Shown here in pieces: positions 60,222 through 64,000 of a stretch of DNA of 64,000 nucleotides. The stretch comes from an uncultured Roseburia sp. (GTDB lineage: Bacteria > Bacillota > Clostridia > Lachnospirales > Lachnospiraceae). The position numbers and the translations under genes were made by a program. Each line of letters begins with the position of its first letter. The first letter of the stretch is position 1. The DNA lies in contig CAMQVP010000001.1 of the NCBI GenBank assembly GCA_947038265.1, positions 188,968 through 252,967 of the forward strand, given 5' to 3'. The notes beneath the pieces were generated by a model. The model did no database searches and was not told the origin of the DNA. It saw nothing but the letters and a program-made list of their open reading frames with translations.

Positions 60222-60524
60222 TCAATCTTCTGTTTTCTTTTCCTCAACGGCTTTTGCATCTTCTCTCGCCTGTATATCCTGTTTCCTGACTTTATTCATC
60301 ATATAAAAGCCAAACGCAATCATGCCTATCCCAATCACCAAAAACCCAATGATTGCGGCTATGACTGCCAGATATTCCCCTCCAGAGCTTTCCTCCTTAT
60401 TCCGGAACATCTGGTAGGCAAGATATAAAAGATAAATGCCGCCCATTTCATAAATTGCGCTGCGCAAATTTGTCTTTACCCTTTCATTCATAAAAAACCT
60501 CATTTCTAAGAATGGAATTGCCAT
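60222..60524 (-). CDS. Small membrane protein (100 aa, 2 TM)
   Basis: Two hydrophobic helices and a charged C-terminus. Confidence 0.35.
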   Translation of the reverse strand: MAIPFLEMRFFMNERVKTNLRSAIYEMGGIYLLYLAYQMFRNKEESSGGEYLAVIAAIIGFLVIGIGMIAFGFYMMNKVRKQDIQAREDAKAVEEKKTED

Positions 60525-60562
60525 GGAACCGGAACGATTCCATGGCAGCCCCCAAACTATAT

Positions 60563-61633
60563 TTATTTACGAACCAAATATTTTCTCATATCAATCGCGC
60601 ACGCTACAAGGATAATCACGCCCTTGATGACATACTGCCAGTTCTGGCTGATAGATAAGAAAATCAATGCGCCGAAGATAATACGAAGCACGAATACGCC
60701 TAATACAACGCCGCTGATTTTACCGGTACCGCCTACGAAAGACACGCCGCCGATAACGCAGGCTGCAATCGCATCACACTCGTAGTTCTGTCCGGTCGTC
60801 GCTGAGTTAGAGCCAACGCGGGCAGCTTCGATAAATCCGGTAATTCCATACATTGCCCCAGCAAGCGTATGCACTAAAATTGTCGTTCTGGCAACGTTTA
60901 CGCCGGATACATTTGCGGCTTCCGGATTCGATCCTACGGCAAACATATTTTTGCCGAAAGAAGTCTTATTCCAGACATACCACATAATAATGACAACAAG
61001 AACTGCAAACCATACATAATTCGGAATAGGCGTCCCTCCGATTCCAATAATGCTTCCTGTTACGAAATCTTTAAAAGACTGATCCAAACCGGAAAGCGGC
61101 TGGCCATTGTTGCCGTTAATCATAATATACATCAACAGGATACCATATACAATAAGCTGTGTCGCCAATGTTACGATAAATGGATGCAGTCCAAACTTTG
61201 CAACGAAGAAACCATTTACCCAGCCGACAACGCCGCCGACTGCAAGCACAATTAAGATAACTACCGGAATTGGAAGCGGCTTCATATCGCCAAACATTCT
61301 AGTTGCATAATCCATCGACTGAAGCAGCGATGCAGAGATACATGCGGTCAGACCAACGACACGCCCTGCCGAAAGGTCGGTTCCCGTTAATACGATACAT
61401 CCTGCAATTCCGCAGGAAATCGGTATGTATGCCGCAACAAGCGAAACAATGTTAATAATTGAGCTGACACCCAAAAATTTTGGATTTTGTATTGTCGTAT
61501 AAATTACTACAAGAATTAGAAGGATATACATCGCGTTGTTCATCAACGATTCCTTCCAAAATGTCTTTTTATCTCTGCTATCCAGCTCCTGATAAGCTGC
61601 ATATTTGTTTTTCATATTGTCAATAGCTTTCAT
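60563..61633 (-). CDS. CUT2-family monosaccharide ABC transporter permease (MglC/RbsC-like)
   Basis: About 10 TM segments, the BPD_transp_2-like 'GGTGKISGVVLG', and a single permease next to a dual-domain ATPase. Confidence 0.75.
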   Translation of the reverse strand: MKAIDNMKNKYAAYQELDSRDKKTFWKESLMNNAMYILLILVVIYTTIQNPKFLGVSSIINIVSLVAAYIPISCGIAGCIVLTGTDLSAGRVVGLTACISASLLQSMDYATRMFGDMKPLPIPVVILIVLAVGGVVGWVNGFFVAKFGLHPFIVTLATQLIVYGILLMYIMINGNNGQPLSGLDQSFKDFVTGSIIGIGGTPIPNYVWFAVLVVIIMWYVWNKTSFGKNMFAVGSNPEAANVSGVNVARTTILVHTLAGAMYGITGFIEAARVGSNSATTGQNYECDAIAACVIGGVSFVGGTGKISGVVLGVFVLRIIFGALIFLSISQNWQYVIKGVIILVACAIDMRKYLVRK

Positions 61634-61648
61634 TTTGCTCTGCCTCCT

Positions 61649-63142
61649 TTATACATATTTTGCAGCGTAAGTCATAATTTCTTCCTGCGTGGTATTCTTT
61701 GCGTCTACCTCTCCGGCAAGCCGTCCGCCGGACATTACAAGGATACGGTCACAAATTCCAAGAAGCTCCGGCATCTCGGAAGACACTACAAGGACAATTT
61801 TACCTTTATTTGCCAAATCAAGGATCAACTGGTAAATCTCATATTTCGCCCCAACGTCAATTCCTCTGGTCGGTTCATCTAAAAGAAGCACTTCCGGCTC
61901 CGTCAAAAGCCACCGGCCAAGGATAACCTTCTGTTGGTTTCCACCGGAAAGAGAACGGATCTGCGTCTCCTGAGTCGGCGTCTTGGTGCGCATGGCGTCA
62001 ATAGACCATTGCGTGTCGTCCCGCATCGTCTTACCGTTTAGGAAAAGCGCATTGTGTTTCTTTAAGCTGGAAATTACCGTGTTTTCCCGAATATTTAAAA
62101 TGCCAAAAATACCTGTCGCCCGGCGTTCCTCCGTCAGCATGGCAAACCCGTTCGCAATGGATTCTCTCGCATTGCGGTTTTTTACCTCTTTGCCGTGAAG
62201 CTTAATTACGCCGTCCCTGCGCGTCGCAATGCCGAAAATATTCTCTAAACATTCGGTCCGCCCGCTTCCGTCGAGCCCGGCAAACCCTATAATTTCACCT
62301 TGGCGCGCTTTAAAAGACACGTCTTTCAACAGAGAATACTGCGCAGTAAGCCCTTCCACTTCTAACGCCACATCCCCCGGTTTATTTGTCTTTGGCGGGA
62401 ACTGGTTGCCCAGTTCACGTCCTACCATCAAACGGATAATCTCATCCATCGTCAGCTCTTTTGCCGGTTTTGTAGCGACATACTGACCGTCGCGCATGAT
62501 GGTAACGTCATCAGATATACGCAGGATTTCAGCCATTTTATGTGATATATAAATAATCCCACAGCCCTGATCACGCAGCATATTTATAATTTTGAATAAG
62601 TGTTCCACTTCCTCTTCGGTCAAGGAGGAAGTAGGCTCATCAAATACAATTATTTTCGAATTAAAGGAAACTGCTTTTGCAATTTCTACCATCTGTCTTT
62701 GGGACACTGGCATAGTGCTCATGATCCTTCTCGGATCTACTGTAATCTCTAGTTTCTTAAAAAGCCCCATTGTATCATCATACATTTTCTTTTCATTGAT
62801 CATAACGCCGCCGATTTTGGGGTAGCGCCCAAGCCAGAGATTATCCTGAACGCTTCGTTTTAATGCCTGATTTAATTCCTGATGTACCATGGCAACGCCA
62901 TTTTCCAATGCCTGTTTTGAATTAGCGAAGTTTACTTCCTTCCCCTCAAGGAAAATCTGTCCGGCATCTTTGTTGTACATACCAAACAGACACTTCATAA
63001 GCGTAGACTTTCCGGCTCCGTTTTCACCCATCAACGCATGGACAGTCCCTCTCCTGACAGTCAGGGAAACATTATCCAACGCTTTTACGCCCGGAAACTC
63101 TTTACATATACCTGTCATCTGTAATAGAACATCATGTTCCAT
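61649..63142 (-). CDS. CUT2-family sugar ABC transporter ATP-binding protein with two fused ABC domains (MglA/RbsA-like)
   Basis: Two Walker A motifs ('GENGAGKST', 'GLDGSGRT'), two signature/Walker B sets, and a length of 497 aa. Confidence 0.8.
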   Translation of the reverse strand: MEHDVLLQMTGICKEFPGVKALDNVSLTVRRGTVHALMGENGAGKSTLMKCLFGMYNKDAGQIFLEGKEVNFANSKQALENGVAMVHQELNQALKRSVQDNLWLGRYPKIGGVMINEKKMYDDTMGLFKKLEITVDPRRIMSTMPVSQRQMVEIAKAVSFNSKIIVFDEPTSSLTEEEVEHLFKIINMLRDQGCGIIYISHKMAEILRISDDVTIMRDGQYVATKPAKELTMDEIIRLMVGRELGNQFPPKTNKPGDVALEVEGLTAQYSLLKDVSFKARQGEIIGFAGLDGSGRTECLENIFGIATRRDGVIKLHGKEVKNRNARESIANGFAMLTEERRATGIFGILNIRENTVISSLKKHNALFLNGKTMRDDTQWSIDAMRTKTPTQETQIRSLSGGNQQKVILGRWLLTEPEVLLLDEPTRGIDVGAKYEIYQLILDLANKGKIVLVVSSEMPELLGICDRILVMSGGRLAGEVDAKNTTQEEIMTYAAKYV

Positions 63143-63257
63143 AATCTGCCCTCCAATCTCTTGTTATGCCTTATCTACCATTCGTATAGCATAAAAGAGG
63201 CCGCCACCCTTGGACGGCCATCTTTTATGATCCTAATTCAATTTTATATTTCTGTGA

Positions 63258-64000
63258 TTATTCTCCTGTATATGGCTGATATGGAATGAAAATCTTGTTG
63301 GAAACATTTTCTGAAATATTATAGGAATCTGTTCCATCCATAACGTCTTTGCCAGTTGCGCAGTTCTCTGTCAAGAAAGCGATACAGTCTGCCATACCTT
63401 CTGCATCCTGCTTAATGGTTCCTACCATCTTGCCGTCTTTAATTAACTGTTTTGCTGCATCCGTTGCATCTACGCCGAATACCGGGATTGTCTTGGAGTT
63501 TCCGTCTCCTAAGTTATATCCCTTATCGTTTAATGCGGAGATTACGCCTTCTGCCATACCGTCATTGTTGCAGATTACAAGCTCAATCATGTTATTGCTG
63601 TTTTCATTAAACTGGGAAAGGTTTGTATTCATATAGTTGTTTGCGGCAGTTGCGCTCCAGTTACCATCTTGGTCTACCTGATATTTGTCAGGATTGGAAG
63701 AATCGAAAAATTCCAATTCCGGTTTTCCAGCTTCCGTGATGACTTTGTTCGCATCTTCTACGCCATACTGTGTACGCGCGATTGCTTCCACATTGCCCAA
63801 CTGACCCATGAACATTGCATAAGAGATTTTTCCATCGCCGTTTAAGTCAATGGATTCAAAATTATCCACTACATATTCGCCAACCATCTGGCCCTGCATA
63901 TGGCCTGCTTCCGGAGCGTCCGTTCCTACGAATGCGCACTTGTCATAGCTGCCAAGAACTTTTCCTTCATCATTCTCGCCTTCCACTGCGCGGTTAAAGA
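63258..64000 (-). CDS. Periplasmic-binding-protein-type monosaccharide-binding protein (MglB/RbsB-like). It is 5'-partial and continues past the window end.
   Basis: The PBP type I fold ('IPVFGVDATDAAKQLIKDGKMVGTIKQD') and a frame open to the window edge. Confidence 0.7.
   Translation of the reverse strand, partial: FNRAVEGENDEGKVLGSYDKCAFVGTDAPEAGHMQGQMVGEYVVDNFESIDLNGDGKISYAMFMGQLGNVEAIARTQYGVEDANKVITEAGKPELEFFDSSNPDKYQVDQDGNWSATAANNYMNTNLSQFNENSNNMIELVICNNDGMAEGVISALNDKGYNLGDGNSKTIPVFGVDATDAAKQLIKDGKMVGTIKQDAEGMADCIAFLTENCATGKDVMDGTDSYNISENVSNKIFIPYQPYTGE

Overview
This 64-kb window looks like chromosomal DNA from a low-GC Gram-positive anaerobe (Clostridia/Lachnospiraceae-like). The evidence is purine-rich coding strands, GGAGG ribosome-binding sites, the Firmicutes AddAB recombinase rather than RecBCD, and the SpoIID, YfhO and TmcAL families. 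Most of the window is housekeeping: cshA DEAD-box helicase, a GIY-YIG nuclease, rsmA/ksgA, purB, purC, the rplM-rpsI operon, htrA, addA-addB, ackA, tmcAL, and a split purH (AICAR transformylase plus a PurO-type IMP cyclohydrolase).

Accessory modules sit between these blocks:
- a 5'-truncated, sortase-anchored surface protein with Listeria-Bacteroides repeats, followed by a class B sortase;
- an HlyD-like adaptor next to a sugar ABC importer whose binding lipoprotein carries an extra N-terminal domain;
- two two-component systems, a YfhO-family membrane protein, and an ABC-2 exporter;
- a cytoplasmic fusion of a ParB-like domain to a BMP-family binding domain;
- a frameshifted GT-C glycosyltransferase pseudogene;
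- a CUT2-type monosaccharide ABC transporter, partial at the 3' edge.

The most interesting locus is a six-gene co-directional array at 35800-42153. It starts with the conserved pair of a radical-SAM 'DNA modification/repair' protein and its linked DNA-metabolism protein. It continues into a four-gene, translationally coupled cassette with no described function: two DUF2589-like paralogues bracket a 90-aa protein and a stand-alone protein with a LanM-type (kinase-fold) dehydratase domain. That protein keeps the catalytic residue spacing of class II lanthipeptide synthetases but has no cyclase domain and no recognisable precursor peptide.

Other notable sequence features are a (CTTACTA)n heptanucleotide microsatellite of about 26 units in a promoter region, a 500-bp G-free leader carrying a 56-bp tandem repeat, a 26-bp long-range inverted repeat between convergent genes, and an AT-rich 900-bp non-coding island after rpsI.

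All family assignments rest on motif recognition by eye. No database search was possible.
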